A DNA stretch of 57,387 bases, taken from positions 1 through 57,387 of IMG/VR virus record IMGVR_UViG_3300044836_000005. One strand, 5' to 3'. This stretch comes from a virus. Taxonomy: Duplodnaviria; Caudoviricetes. Position numbers and translations under genes: made by a program. Of the stretch, positions 1 to 9,306 are shown piece by piece; the first letter of the stretch is position 1, and every line of letters begins with the position of its first letter. The notes beneath the pieces are model-generated. The model saw only the letters and a program-made list of their open reading frames with translations, searched no databases and was not told where the DNA came from.

Positions 1-245
1 GAGACTGTTCGGTCGCAACCTTGATAAAATCATAAACTGATTCGGAATCTTTGCAAAGAATTGCCGTCCGATACAACTTACGGGAAGTATACTTTTTGAA
101 TCGGAATCGCTCACGACCAGCGCAATCAATTGCGTCTAAAATTTCTAAAGTTTGGTCCATTACGTCGGGATCTTTCCAGCCATGTCGTGACTAATATTTG
201 CTGCATTGTGAAAATAGTCAGCAATCTTTTGCAACTGCTCGATTT
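1..245. repeat. Terminal direct repeat or assembly overlap, copy 1
   Basis: 1-245 matches 57143-57387 except C118 versus T57260; indicates a circular map of 57,142 bp. Confidence 0.95.
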
Positions 246-492
246 CCGGAGCAGCGTCTAGCGTCTTGTGCGCTCTGAGGATTGCGATAGCCACGCTAAT
301 CGAATTGGCATAGGCATCAAGCGCACTAGCGGCAAACGCATCTTGCAACCGAATCACTACTGCATCGGGTAATGGTAAAATATCTGGCTCGACACCATGC
401 CCAGCGTCAAGACAAGCTTGCTCAACTGCCTTCAAATAATCTATGCGCTTAAAAACTATATACTTACTATCGTTGTGGTTCGCCGTTGTCAT
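160..492 (-). CDS. Hypothetical phage protein
   Basis: 110 aa ORF; ATGA overlap with the upstream gene and TAATG overlap with the next gene across the circular junction. Confidence 0.75.
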   Translation of the reverse strand: MTTANHNDSKYIVFKRIDYLKAVEQACLDAGHGVEPDILPLPDAVVIRLQDAFAASALDAYANSISVAIAILRAHKTLDAAPEIEQLQKIADYFHNAANISHDMAGKIPT

Positions 493-1052
493 CTTAATTT
501 ATCCTTTTGGTGGTCTGTCCATTTTTTGAGCCATTGTTTATATACTTGACATACTCTAGATTCACTTACTCCAAATTCATCTCCCACTTCCGCTAAAGTA
601 AAGTTGGTGCTATAAAGTAGTTTTATCATGTCTTCGTCCCGCTTACTCTTAGCTGGGACTACCTCAAAAATTTCTTCAAAACTTACTTCTCTTGGGAAAA
701 GATAATCAGTAAAATCTTCGGTGTCTAAGCGATGAAATTGTAGCACACTTTGTTCATGGTCCGGAACACTGAGTGATAAAAAGCCGTCATAAAAAAGTCT
801 TTTGCGGCTATCTGATCTTCGCCCATATATTTCCCTAAATTTATCAAGACCGTCACGAAGACACATCGTGCAATAAAGTCTAAAATCCAATTCAGTATTA
901 TGATTTATAACTAATGCTTCTAAAATGTAACCCGATAATTCTTCCGCCCGTAACTGTGCTCGATTAGGGAAACCTGCTTTATATGTTAAGTAATTTGCTA
1001 GTTTGTGTAAATCTATTACCTCTAACGGCGGGACTTTCTTTGATTTAGCCAT
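489..1052 (-). CDS. RNA polymerase sigma factor, FliA/WhiG-like
   Basis: C-terminal region-4 HTH FTLAEVGDEFGVSESRVCQVY; divergent region-2-like segment AEELSGYILEAL...FRLYCTMCLRDGLDKFR. Confidence 0.7.
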   Translation of the reverse strand: MAKSKKVPPLEVIDLHKLANYLTYKAGFPNRAQLRAEELSGYILEALVINHNTELDFRLYCTMCLRDGLDKFREIYGRRSDSRKRLFYDGFLSLSVPDHEQSVLQFHRLDTEDFTDYLFPREVSFEEIFEVVPAKSKRDEDMIKLLYSTNFTLAEVGDEFGVSESRVCQVYKQWLKKWTDHQKDKLR

Positions 1053-4000
1053 CAGTCAAAATCCACATATCGTTAACGAATAAGGACCGTCTTGTACTAT
1101 CGGCGAACTTGGCGCCTTTCACCAAGACTAGCACCTTGTCGGGCGCATTCCAAAGTGTTTCCTTAAAGTTAGGATATTTGAACCGACCGAGTGAAACCGT
1201 CACTTGGCCTGTCTCGTCCTCACAATAAAGCGTTGCACTTTCTTTCAAATCCGGCCGCTTAACCGTAGTCGGGTCCAAGGTCTCACCAGTGAAATGGCGA
1301 TGAGTCTCAAACATATCTTTTTGTTTCTTGGAAACAATTCTTCCCAGCCACACGCATTCAAAATTATGTGGTGTGATTTCTGCTGGAATCTGATCGGCCA
1401 TATGTGTAGGTGCTGGCAACTCATAAAATCCGTCGGTCAATTCGCCGTTAGCTAATTTCTTTCGAGCGTCTTCTAGCTCGATGGTAAGTGCGTTCAACAT
1501 AAACGGATCATCGGCCATCATAAATTCAATAATAGTTTCAACTTTTTTCGGCCCAATCTTCGGGATCATCGCAAGCTCTGGACCTTCGAACCGCTTATGC
1601 GGCCTAGCGTTGCGAGCCTCAACAATGGCAGGTGCCAACGTCTTACCAATACCGGGAACCTGTAGAAATCCTGGCCTAATGCCCTTCGGGACATTCATTT
1701 TGAAATTGCCAACTCTACGATCGTCAACCGACCAACTCACATCGCTGTTCGAAAATGAAAGCGGAAGGATAGGAATGTCATGGCGCTTAGCATCTTGCAA
1801 CAACGAATATAATCTATCTTTATCCTCTGGACCTTCAGCCTTGCGACACGAAGCAGCGTAAAATTCTGCCGGGTGATTTACCTTGAGCCACATAGTCCAA
1901 TAGGCAATTAAACTATATACGAGACTATGTGCGAAGTTGAATGCATAGGCCCCGGCCGTCGCCATCATGTCAAATATTTTGTTTGCTTGTACGGCGCTAC
2001 AGCCATGCGTCTTAGCTCCGTCCACAAATTGATCCCGCATCCGGTTCACTGCAGCAGAACCTTTAGATTTACCAATTAATTTACGGATAGCAGTTACATC
2101 AGCAGCCGGAAAATTTCCTAGATGCTGACAGATACGCATGATTTGTTCTTGATAGACAATTTGAAAATATGTCGGCTCAGTAATCATATCCATAATTTCA
2201 TGGAAATGCGTAGCCTTTTTGCCTCGCTTGACCGCTATGTATTCGTCGGTCGCTCCACCATTCTGCGGACCAGGGCGAGAGAGAGCGTTAATGTCTGATA
2301 ATTCTAGAATTGATTTTGGTTGTACCTTGAGATTTACGTCCCGAGTGGCACCGCCATCAAACTGGAAGATCCCCACTACGTCATCCTTGCAAAATCCTTC
2401 GTAGACATTCGGGAATTCGTATGACAATTTGTAGATATCTTCCATACTCATGCCGACTGATTGCGCTGCGTAATTAATCATTCCCATTGTCTTGAGCCCT
2501 AGAATATCGAGCTTCATTACATTAAGAATCTCAGCGTCTCGCATATCAATCGAAACAACTTGCATAGGCAAGCCTGAGTTTGGATCAATTTTTACTTTGC
2601 CATTTCGATCAACTCTCGTATAAACGGCGCAAGTGTTCGTTAGCGCTTCGTTGGCAACGATGACGCCGGCCGCATGTACCGACATTCCTTTAACGTTGCC
2701 CTCTAACCGTGCGGCCTTGTATAGCTCCGGAAACTTGTCAAACAATTCCCTGACTTCGGGGAACAATTCAATTGTTTCTTGAATCGTTTCCGTTGATCCT
2801 ACTTCGCCGTCTGCTCTAGTAATCAACAGACTTTTGATCTTTTCCACCGCTTCTTTTGCTTGGTAATTATCGGGGTAGCGGGACCGTTGCACGTCTTCCA
2901 GTGAGTTTTTACCTTTGTAGCGAGTGAAGGTTGCAATTGATCCGACTCTTTCTTCCCCGAATTTTTCGACAAGTCTGGCCCGCACCTTCCATCGGTATTC
3001 GTCGTCAAAATCCATATCAATGTCGGGAAGGTCGGCACGGTTAATGTCAATGAATCGTTCGAACATTAAGTTTGGAAATTGAACCGGGTCCACTTCGGTA
3101 ATGCGTAGCAAATAACAAATCAATGATGCAGCGCTAGATCCTCGGCCTGGCCCGCAAGCAATTAGGTCCACATCTTTCGCCGTTACCATCACATCATTTA
3201 CTAGTAGGAAGTAGTCTTCGAATTTCTTATTTACGATTTGGTCAAGTTCGTATTTCAGTTGAGCTTTATATTCTGAAACGTTCTTTTTCGACCCAATATT
3301 CCTATAACGCCAGCCCTCCACAATCTTTTTACGCAACTGCGTTTCAGCGTCATTAACGCCAGGCGGTAACGGGAATTTAATGTTGGTAAGCTTCGGGATT
3401 GAAACACCTTTGCAGCGTTCGGCAATTGCAGCCGTGTTTGCCAACGCTTGACTTGCCGCTTGTCGAGATAGTCCAGCACCACAAAGAGATGCCAATAAAG
3501 ATTTGTCACTAATCGGTGGCGTAAGTTTGACATCGTAGCTCCATTCCCTAGCTTTATCCTCGTCGGTTTTCTTATTTTGGCCACGGGTATTATGCAAGAT
3601 TTCCTGTAACTCGGAATCATTCGGTTTGGTGTAATGAACGTCAAGCGTGGCTACCATTGGAATTTTTAATTCCTTTGATAACCTCTCGATCATTGCGTTT
3701 AGCGTGCATACGTTAGATAAAGTAGGGAAAGCTTGAACTTCCAAAAAGTAAGATTCACCGAATACTTTTTGAAATTGTCGGGCGACTTTCTTGCCTCTCT
3801 CGAAACTCGCTTGCTCAACGGGAATTGTTTTCCCACCAATAAGCGAAGTTGCAAGGAGCGATCCCGTACAACCTGAGAGGATGATGAGACCAGATTTATA
3901 TTTGTTGAGCATACTTCCCGAAACCGTCGGCTCGAAATAAAATCCCTCGGCCCAGGCTGTACTAATAAGTCGCAATAAATTTTGGTAGCCATCTTGCGTC

Positions 4001-4269
4001 TCCGCCAATACTGTTAAATGATTCTTTTTACGGGAGCGTGTTTCATCTTCACTCGGTGCTTCGCAATAAAGCTCACAACCAAATATCGGCTGAATTCCTG
4101 CTAAAATTGCAGCCTTTTCTAGCTTTACGTGACTCGTTACGTTGCCGTGTTCGGTTACCGCAATCGCACCCATGCCTAGCTCTGCAGCTCGATCAATGTG
4201 GCTCTCTGGCATACCGTGGCCGTCTTGGTAAGAGAAACTGGTGTGGTGGTGCAACGAAACGAATTTCAT
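1045..4269 (-). CDS. dnaE: DNA polymerase III alpha subunit (DnaE-like)
   Basis: PHP motifs HHHTSFS, TEHGN, GCE, SGC, DVH; GPGRGSSAASL; catalytic PDIDMD; HAAGV; KLDILGL; YAFNFAH. Confidence 0.97.
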   Translation of the reverse strand: MKFVSLHHHTSFSYQDGHGMPESHIDRAAELGMGAIAVTEHGNVTSHVKLEKAAILAGIQPIFGCELYCEAPSEDETRSRKKNHLTVLAETQDGYQNLLRLISTAWAEGFYFEPTVSGSMLNKYKSGLIILSGCTGSLLATSLIGGKTIPVEQASFERGKKVARQFQKVFGESYFLEVQAFPTLSNVCTLNAMIERLSKELKIPMVATLDVHYTKPNDSELQEILHNTRGQNKKTDEDKAREWSYDVKLTPPISDKSLLASLCGAGLSRQAASQALANTAAIAERCKGVSIPKLTNIKFPLPPGVNDAETQLRKKIVEGWRYRNIGSKKNVSEYKAQLKYELDQIVNKKFEDYFLLVNDVMVTAKDVDLIACGPGRGSSAASLICYLLRITEVDPVQFPNLMFERFIDINRADLPDIDMDFDDEYRWKVRARLVEKFGEERVGSIATFTRYKGKNSLEDVQRSRYPDNYQAKEAVEKIKSLLITRADGEVGSTETIQETIELFPEVRELFDKFPELYKAARLEGNVKGMSVHAAGVIVANEALTNTCAVYTRVDRNGKVKIDPNSGLPMQVVSIDMRDAEILNVMKLDILGLKTMGMINYAAQSVGMSMEDIYKLSYEFPNVYEGFCKDDVVGIFQFDGGATRDVNLKVQPKSILELSDINALSRPGPQNGGATDEYIAVKRGKKATHFHEIMDMITEPTYFQIVYQEQIMRICQHLGNFPAADVTAIRKLIGKSKGSAAVNRMRDQFVDGAKTHGCSAVQANKIFDMMATAGAYAFNFAHSLVYSLIAYWTMWLKVNHPAEFYAASCRKAEGPEDKDRLYSLLQDAKRHDIPILPLSFSNSDVSWSVDDRRVGNFKMNVPKGIRPGFLQVPGIGKTLAPAIVEARNARPHKRFEGPELAMIPKIGPKKVETIIEFMMADDPFMLNALTIELEDARKKLANGELTDGFYELPAPTHMADQIPAEITPHNFECVWLGRIVSKKQKDMFETHRHFTGETLDPTTVKRPDLKESATLYCEDETGQVTVSLGRFKYPNFKETLWNAPDKVLVLVKGAKFADSTRRSLFVNDMWILTDG

Positions 4270-4272
4270 AAA

Positions 4273-4563
4273 TTACTCCGTCATATCTTCGGGGTACGGC
4301 CGATCACGTTTAATAGATTCGGTTAGCACTACATCGTCGCCATATTTTAAGATTCGCATACCGTGCGGGGACTCTAAATACATCTCCGCTTCGTCAATGT
4401 GTTTCCGCAGAGTTTCCTTATAATTTTCCATGCAATCTTTGAAATTTTTATATCCTTCACTCGCTGACCCAATTTCTCGGCCATTTGCCGCAACCGCTCG
4501 CCAACGGAATTCGTTGCTTGCGTCGCTATAAAAATAAGTTGACCCAGCCATCTCAATGTCCAA
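4273..4563 (-). CDS. YegP/DUF1508-like protein
   Basis: FRWRAVAANGREIGSASEGY resembles the DUF1508 pattern. Confidence 0.75.
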   Translation of the reverse strand: MDIEMAGSTYFYSDASNEFRWRAVAANGREIGSASEGYKNFKDCMENYKETLRKHIDEAEMYLESPHGMRILKYGDDVVLTESIKRDRPYPEDMTE

Positions 4564-5365
4564 TCGTTAGTTTGTTTGCATCGGCATTAATAAACTTTCG
4601 TACCGTAGACCAGAATGCGTCGTCAACCTCTAGGTTACCAGACCAATTCGCCATCGGGCCAACCTTAAATAAGAAAGAATTACAGTCGCAATTACTGCGG
4701 ATAGGAGTGGCGACGTGCGTTAGGAGCATGTTCGAAACAGGTGGCTGACGGTCACGTTCGTAGATCCTCCGAGCCGCACCGTTGGTATTCCAACCGCAGT
4801 GCCACGCAATGTCGCTTTGTCCGTTCAAAACAATTGAATTGTTCGGTAGCATTTCATTGGGATCACTTTGGTACATCATTTCAACGATGGCACTAAAGCC
4901 ATGCAAGTCCGGTTGCCGGCAAAGAGGTTGCGCTGGAAATGACGTAATGATATCTGCAAAATCATTGCGGATATCGTCAACCCATTGCGGAGTGATGGCC
5001 GGCAAAATGTTTACATTTGGGAGGAACTTATCTTGCAATTCGACGTAAGCCTTTTCCAAATCGTAACCGATGAAAGTCTCGAAAGCAGAAAAATTTTGCA
5101 GACCAAAGAAAGCATTACTTGGACTTACCATACGGCGCTTGTGTAGGTAGCCATTCTTTGTGCCGGTAAATCGAAAAGTAAATTCGTCACCCTTTGCTTT
5201 TTCTTGGTGCGTGCCTGCTACCGGATGAGTAGAAATCATAGGAATATTTACACTATGATCCGTGGTCGTATCGAAGATTGCTAATGGCCGGCCGGTAAAG
5301 CTCATGGCTTGAGCCGCTAGTAATCCGTGGATATCACAACCAATAATTGCGACTGGCTTAATCAT
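4553..5365 (-). CDS. Putative FAD/NAD-binding oxidoreductase-like protein
   Basis: N-terminal Rossmann-like VAIIGCDIHGLLAAQA with degenerate GxGxxG; C-terminal VGPMANW. Confidence 0.5.
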   Translation of the reverse strand: MIKPVAIIGCDIHGLLAAQAMSFTGRPLAIFDTTTDHSVNIPMISTHPVAGTHQEKAKGDEFTFRFTGTKNGYLHKRRMVSPSNAFFGLQNFSAFETFIGYDLEKAYVELQDKFLPNVNILPAITPQWVDDIRNDFADIITSFPAQPLCRQPDLHGFSAIVEMMYQSDPNEMLPNNSIVLNGQSDIAWHCGWNTNGAARRIYERDRQPPVSNMLLTHVATPIRSNCDCNSFLFKVGPMANWSGNLEVDDAFWSTVRKFINADANKLTIGH

Positions 5366-8190
5366 TCGTCTTCCATCTCCTTTAGGATTTTATAAAGTTC
5401 CGGTTCAATCATAATTTGACTCTTATCTTTTTTAATCATCTTCGTATCGCTTAGGTAACCAAGGACCGTTGATACTTCGTCCCGAGTCATATGCGCCATT
5501 TCTTCCAAGTCAGGTGACCGGAAACTCTCACCATGTTTATCTAAAAAGAATTCCAAAAGTCTTGGATAACTCTTTAAGAATCGCTTGACCTGTTTCCTAT
5601 GGCTTCGTGCAATTTCCCGATTGCGTTGAATGCGCTTCGACCTACGAAGGTAACCAAAATTATCTTGTGAATAAATTCTTTCTAGAAATTCGCAAGCTGC
5701 TTCTACGTGTTCCGTTTTAACAATTAATGTTTCGCCGTCTTCGGTAGAGAACAACCGACCGGCAACTGCTACCGCTAACCGTGCGATCTTTTCCCGAGCG
5801 TTAGTGCGTTGAATCAATGGCGGGTCGTCATGGAATTTCTCACCCATAATTGTCGCCATTTTATAAACTAAATCGTAGGCTTCCTTCTGCCACTCAATTT
5901 GATTCGGCTTGCGTGACCAGACCCATAGGATTAATTCGTTGCACAATTCAGAAGTATATGTATGCTTCTTTTTCTTATGCCGTGAGTTGTTTAGAAGCTC
6001 GGCGCTTACATCGTTCATGTCAACCGACATTGCAAAATCGAAGCGTGCGATATCCTCTGGCGCTCCGATTACTGATTGCAACATATCAATTCCGGCATAA
6101 GCTCTTTCGTCTATATATTTATTAGGACGTTGGTTAGCAATCCAGATGAGCCGGCAACGGGCATCAGTTTCCCGTCTGTCAGCTTTTGTAAGTTGAGCCC
6201 TTCCACGACTCCTAACGTCGGATAATAAAGAAATGATTTCTTGACTGAGACCTGTAGCTTCGTCCAAAACCACAAGCCGTCGGTCATTAACCGTGATTTC
6301 TCCCCAGGTAATAGTCCATTCGTTTGATATTTGTTTAACTGCTCCGACAAGTCCGGCAAAGGTAGCGCCTTCGCATCCGACAACGTGGCCCAATCCGTAA
6401 TGAGCAGACAACCTAATAGCAGTTTCACTTTTACCTGTACGGGTATCTCCAACGACAATAAATTCAAGCCATCCACGAGAAATAATCTTTCCGTCTAGAG
6501 GGAAGTGCAAAGCACTATGCCAAACCAAATCCATCGCAATATGTAAATCATTGCGACCATAAATCTTCGTTACATTTACCGACAAATCATCGGCAATTTC
6601 TTCTAATTTATCTAACGGCGTTTGGTTGCGAGAAGGGTTAAAGATGGAAAGTCGAGAGATGGTATCCGTGGTAATTTTGAAGTTGTCGAGACTTGTAACT
6701 GATTCCTTAAGATCCCAAGAAAAGAATTCATTTCTTCTATCGACAGGCGAAGGAATTGTTGTTCCGATGACATTTGCCGCAGAGTTTTCTTGAGTTTTAT
6801 GACGGCCAATATTGTAAATACGGCGTTGAGTATAATCAGCTTCCTCATGCAACTTCCGATCTAGTGAAGACATAACAAATAATTCTTCTACGGTCTGCGC
6901 TTCGTCAACTTCAAAACCTAAGCGGTTACATTTCTGCGCTTCGATTTCCGCTCGCAACACTTCGATAATCTTTTCTTCTCGTACTGCAATCATCTTTGAA
7001 ATTGCTTCTACATTGTCCGGCTTAATTGTTATTTGGTGCTCGCCTTCCCAAAGCGTAGCCATCGGACATTTACGGCACTTCGGTCCAGCGTCCATATTGC
7101 ACGCCATCGTCACAACGTGAGGCACCGAAAAGGTGGGATCTTTTCTACCAATTACCGTTACATTCATTGCCAGTTGCTTACCGTTGGTGCGGCTATCCAT
7201 TGAACCAATTACTTTAACATCTACATTTTCAACAATTGGATCTTCTGGCACCGCTACCGATTCCGCTTCCCGCAGAATATTTTCAAAGCGTTGTTTTGCG
7301 TCTTTATATTTTAAGAAAAAGTCGGTTACATCACTGTGTGGGATATCCGGTAATAGCGGCGGGATCACCACCACTTCTGCAATGGGAGCGAGTGCCGAGC
7401 GGATAGCCTCGGCGCCTTTCTTTCCTTCTGCATCATTGTCATAGCAAACAAATACTTTTTTATCTTTGAATAATAAATTCCAACTATGATCCCAAGTCGA
7501 TGCGCCGTGCGTTCCACTAACCGCATTGAATCCGTTTTGGATAGCGGTTAGTGCGTCTAGCTCTCCCTCGCAAATGATAACCGTGCTGTTTGCCAAGCTT
7601 TTAATAGGGAATAACCTTGCGGGACTTCCCCATCCGGTAGAATTTTTAGTTTTCTCAGACCCGTTCGCATTCGGGTCATATTTGCGAACGTTGACAAGTG
7701 CGCCGTTGTCATCACGAATAGGTATGGTGAAACGTTTACGCTTGAGGTCAAACCCAATCTCGAATAGACGGATAGTTTCATCATTTAAGCCTCGCTTCTT
7801 TTTTAATTCAGCAAGATATTTTTTACCGTTCGGCCCAAATAAAAACTTGCACCACCCGGTAACGTGAGCCTCGGTTAAGGGCTCGATATACTCGCCTACT
7901 TTTCGTGCTTCTTTTTTAATTTTTCCGGTTTCAATATTCGTAACTGTGCCAGTTGCGAAAGGATCGTAGTCAGCTTCCCCGACTTGATCTTCGTCTAGAA
8001 TTTTAATTAAACGTGCAACTGTGCCACCTTGATTACAGGCCATGCAATGCCAAACTAAAGTATCAACATTGACACTTGCACTCGCTCCGGTTTCTCCGTG
8101 CAAAGGGCAAAGCATTCTTGCTTCACCTTTACTATTTGGGTTACCGACAATATATTTTTCAATGCGCTTGAGTACGTTTGGCGACGGCAT
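5362..8190 (-). CDS. DNA primase-helicase (zinc finger, TOPRIM, MCM-like AAA+)
   Basis: CPLH...CMAC zinc finger; TOPRIM ICEGELD and YDND; Walker A GDTRTGKS; Walker B VVLDE; IARFD arginine finger. Confidence 0.9.
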   Translation of the reverse strand: MPSPNVLKRIEKYIVGNPNSKGEARMLCPLHGETGASASVNVDTLVWHCMACNQGGTVARLIKILDEDQVGEADYDPFATGTVTNIETGKIKKEARKVGEYIEPLTEAHVTGWCKFLFGPNGKKYLAELKKKRGLNDETIRLFEIGFDLKRKRFTIPIRDDNGALVNVRKYDPNANGSEKTKNSTGWGSPARLFPIKSLANSTVIICEGELDALTAIQNGFNAVSGTHGASTWDHSWNLLFKDKKVFVCYDNDAEGKKGAEAIRSALAPIAEVVVIPPLLPDIPHSDVTDFFLKYKDAKQRFENILREAESVAVPEDPIVENVDVKVIGSMDSRTNGKQLAMNVTVIGRKDPTFSVPHVVTMACNMDAGPKCRKCPMATLWEGEHQITIKPDNVEAISKMIAVREEKIIEVLRAEIEAQKCNRLGFEVDEAQTVEELFVMSSLDRKLHEEADYTQRRIYNIGRHKTQENSAANVIGTTIPSPVDRRNEFFSWDLKESVTSLDNFKITTDTISRLSIFNPSRNQTPLDKLEEIADDLSVNVTKIYGRNDLHIAMDLVWHSALHFPLDGKIISRGWLEFIVVGDTRTGKSETAIRLSAHYGLGHVVGCEGATFAGLVGAVKQISNEWTITWGEITVNDRRLVVLDEATGLSQEIISLLSDVRSRGRAQLTKADRRETDARCRLIWIANQRPNKYIDERAYAGIDMLQSVIGAPEDIARFDFAMSVDMNDVSAELLNNSRHKKKKHTYTSELCNELILWVWSRKPNQIEWQKEAYDLVYKMATIMGEKFHDDPPLIQRTNAREKIARLAVAVAGRLFSTEDGETLIVKTEHVEAACEFLERIYSQDNFGYLRRSKRIQRNREIARSHRKQVKRFLKSYPRLLEFFLDKHGESFRSPDLEEMAHMTRDEVSTVLGYLSDTKMIKKDKSQIMIEPELYKILKEMEDE

Positions 8191-8193
8191 GAT

Positions 8194-8448
8194 TTACCGT
8201 CCGGACAATTGATCGCTCTCGAACATCAAGCTACGCAATCGTCCGAATGTATTAGCAAATACTTTTGGTTCTACCTGGCAGTCACCGAGCCAATAAAATT
8301 TAATAATTACTTCTGCGGCTTCGTCAACTTCAAATTGAAAATAGCAGGTGCGCTTTCGTCCTTTTTCTTCCCATCGTGTGCCTTGGCATTTGTAACCACA
8401 AGTCTGCAGCGTGGTCGCCAAAGCCATTTCGTCGGTTTCGAATAACAT
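8194..8448 (-). CDS. Hypothetical protein (DUF5659-like)
   Basis: 84 aa; FETDEMALATTL and VEPKVF resemble small phage proteins found beside primases. Confidence 0.6.
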   Translation of the reverse strand: MLFETDEMALATTLQTCGYKCQGTRWEEKGRKRTCYFQFEVDEAAEVIIKFYWLGDCQVEPKVFANTFGRLRSLMFESDQLSGR

Positions 8449-8475
8449 ATCTTTCCTGTTTCTGTTGATAGACGG

Positions 8476-8509
8476 AACGGGAGAGCGAGCCGAAACCCAC
8501 TCTCCCGTT
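8476..8509 (-). terminator. Stem-loop, probable terminator after the SSB-like gene
   Basis: AACGGGAGAG...CTCTCCCGTT inverted repeat with a TTCG-containing loop. Confidence 0.55.
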
Positions 8510-8535
8510 AAAACGATTCGCCGTTAATTAATTAT

Positions 8536-9306
8536 TTAGAACGGTTCTTCGTCGGCCCCGTCCGTATCATCAGTGGTAACGTCTTCGCCCTCTTGAGCTT
8601 CTAGAATAGCAGCGGGCACGTCTGCCCAATCGTCAATGTCGTCAAGGTCCAAACCAAGCGGCTCGGCAATTTCGTAGAGAGCGTCGTAATCCTCAGCCTC
8701 AACGAGTGCAACTAGTTCTTCCTCGGTCCACAAAGCGTCCGGATCTTCGCCAGCATCCTCGTCGGCGGTATCAGTGTCATCATCGGTGTCAGGCTCATCA
8801 CCATTACCGCCTAAAGCCTCGTCATCAGGATCAACCCAAGGCCCCAAAACGCTTGCAATTTCTGCGTATTGCTCATCGTCAGCCGAACGTGGCGAGCCAT
8901 CAATATTATTCTTTTGCCAACGAGTACGAATAAGGGCCTTGATCCCGACTACTTCGTCAGTATCAAAAGCTCCGTCAAATTCTTCCTCAAGACTCTCAGT
9001 AAGTCCGATGGCATAAGCGAACTGCGCTCGTTGTGAACCGGCCGCTTCGGAAAAAGAAACATAACTACGCAAGCGTGAATAATTCTCCGGCGGTGGCATA
9101 CCATCACGACCAACGCCCACAAGATCCCATTGCACCATTAAACGAGGACGCTTTTTATCCTCTTTGTTATCCGGACCTTTAGAATATCCAGGCTCGCAAG
9201 AAACAATTTGTGCAACATAAACATTAGGCGGCGGCTGTACAAACTCGCCATACTTCTTAGCCTGCTCTGTATCAGCCTTTGTTACCTTGAGCTTTACCTT
9301 AGCCAT
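8536..9306 (-). CDS. Single-stranded DNA-binding protein (DUF669-like)
   Basis: PPNVYVAQIVSCE beta-rich N-terminus; long acidic C-terminus ending EEPF; follows the ATPase and nuclease pair. Confidence 0.65.
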   Translation of the reverse strand: MAKVKLKVTKADTEQAKKYGEFVQPPPNVYVAQIVSCEPGYSKGPDNKEDKKRPRLMVQWDLVGVGRDGMPPPENYSRLRSYVSFSEAAGSQRAQFAYAIGLTESLEEEFDGAFDTDEVVGIKALIRTRWQKNNIDGSPRSADDEQYAEIASVLGPWVDPDDEALGGNGDEPDTDDDTDTADEDAGEDPDALWTEEELVALVEAEDYDALYEIAEPLGLDLDDIDDWADVPAAILEAQEGEDVTTDDTDGADEEPF

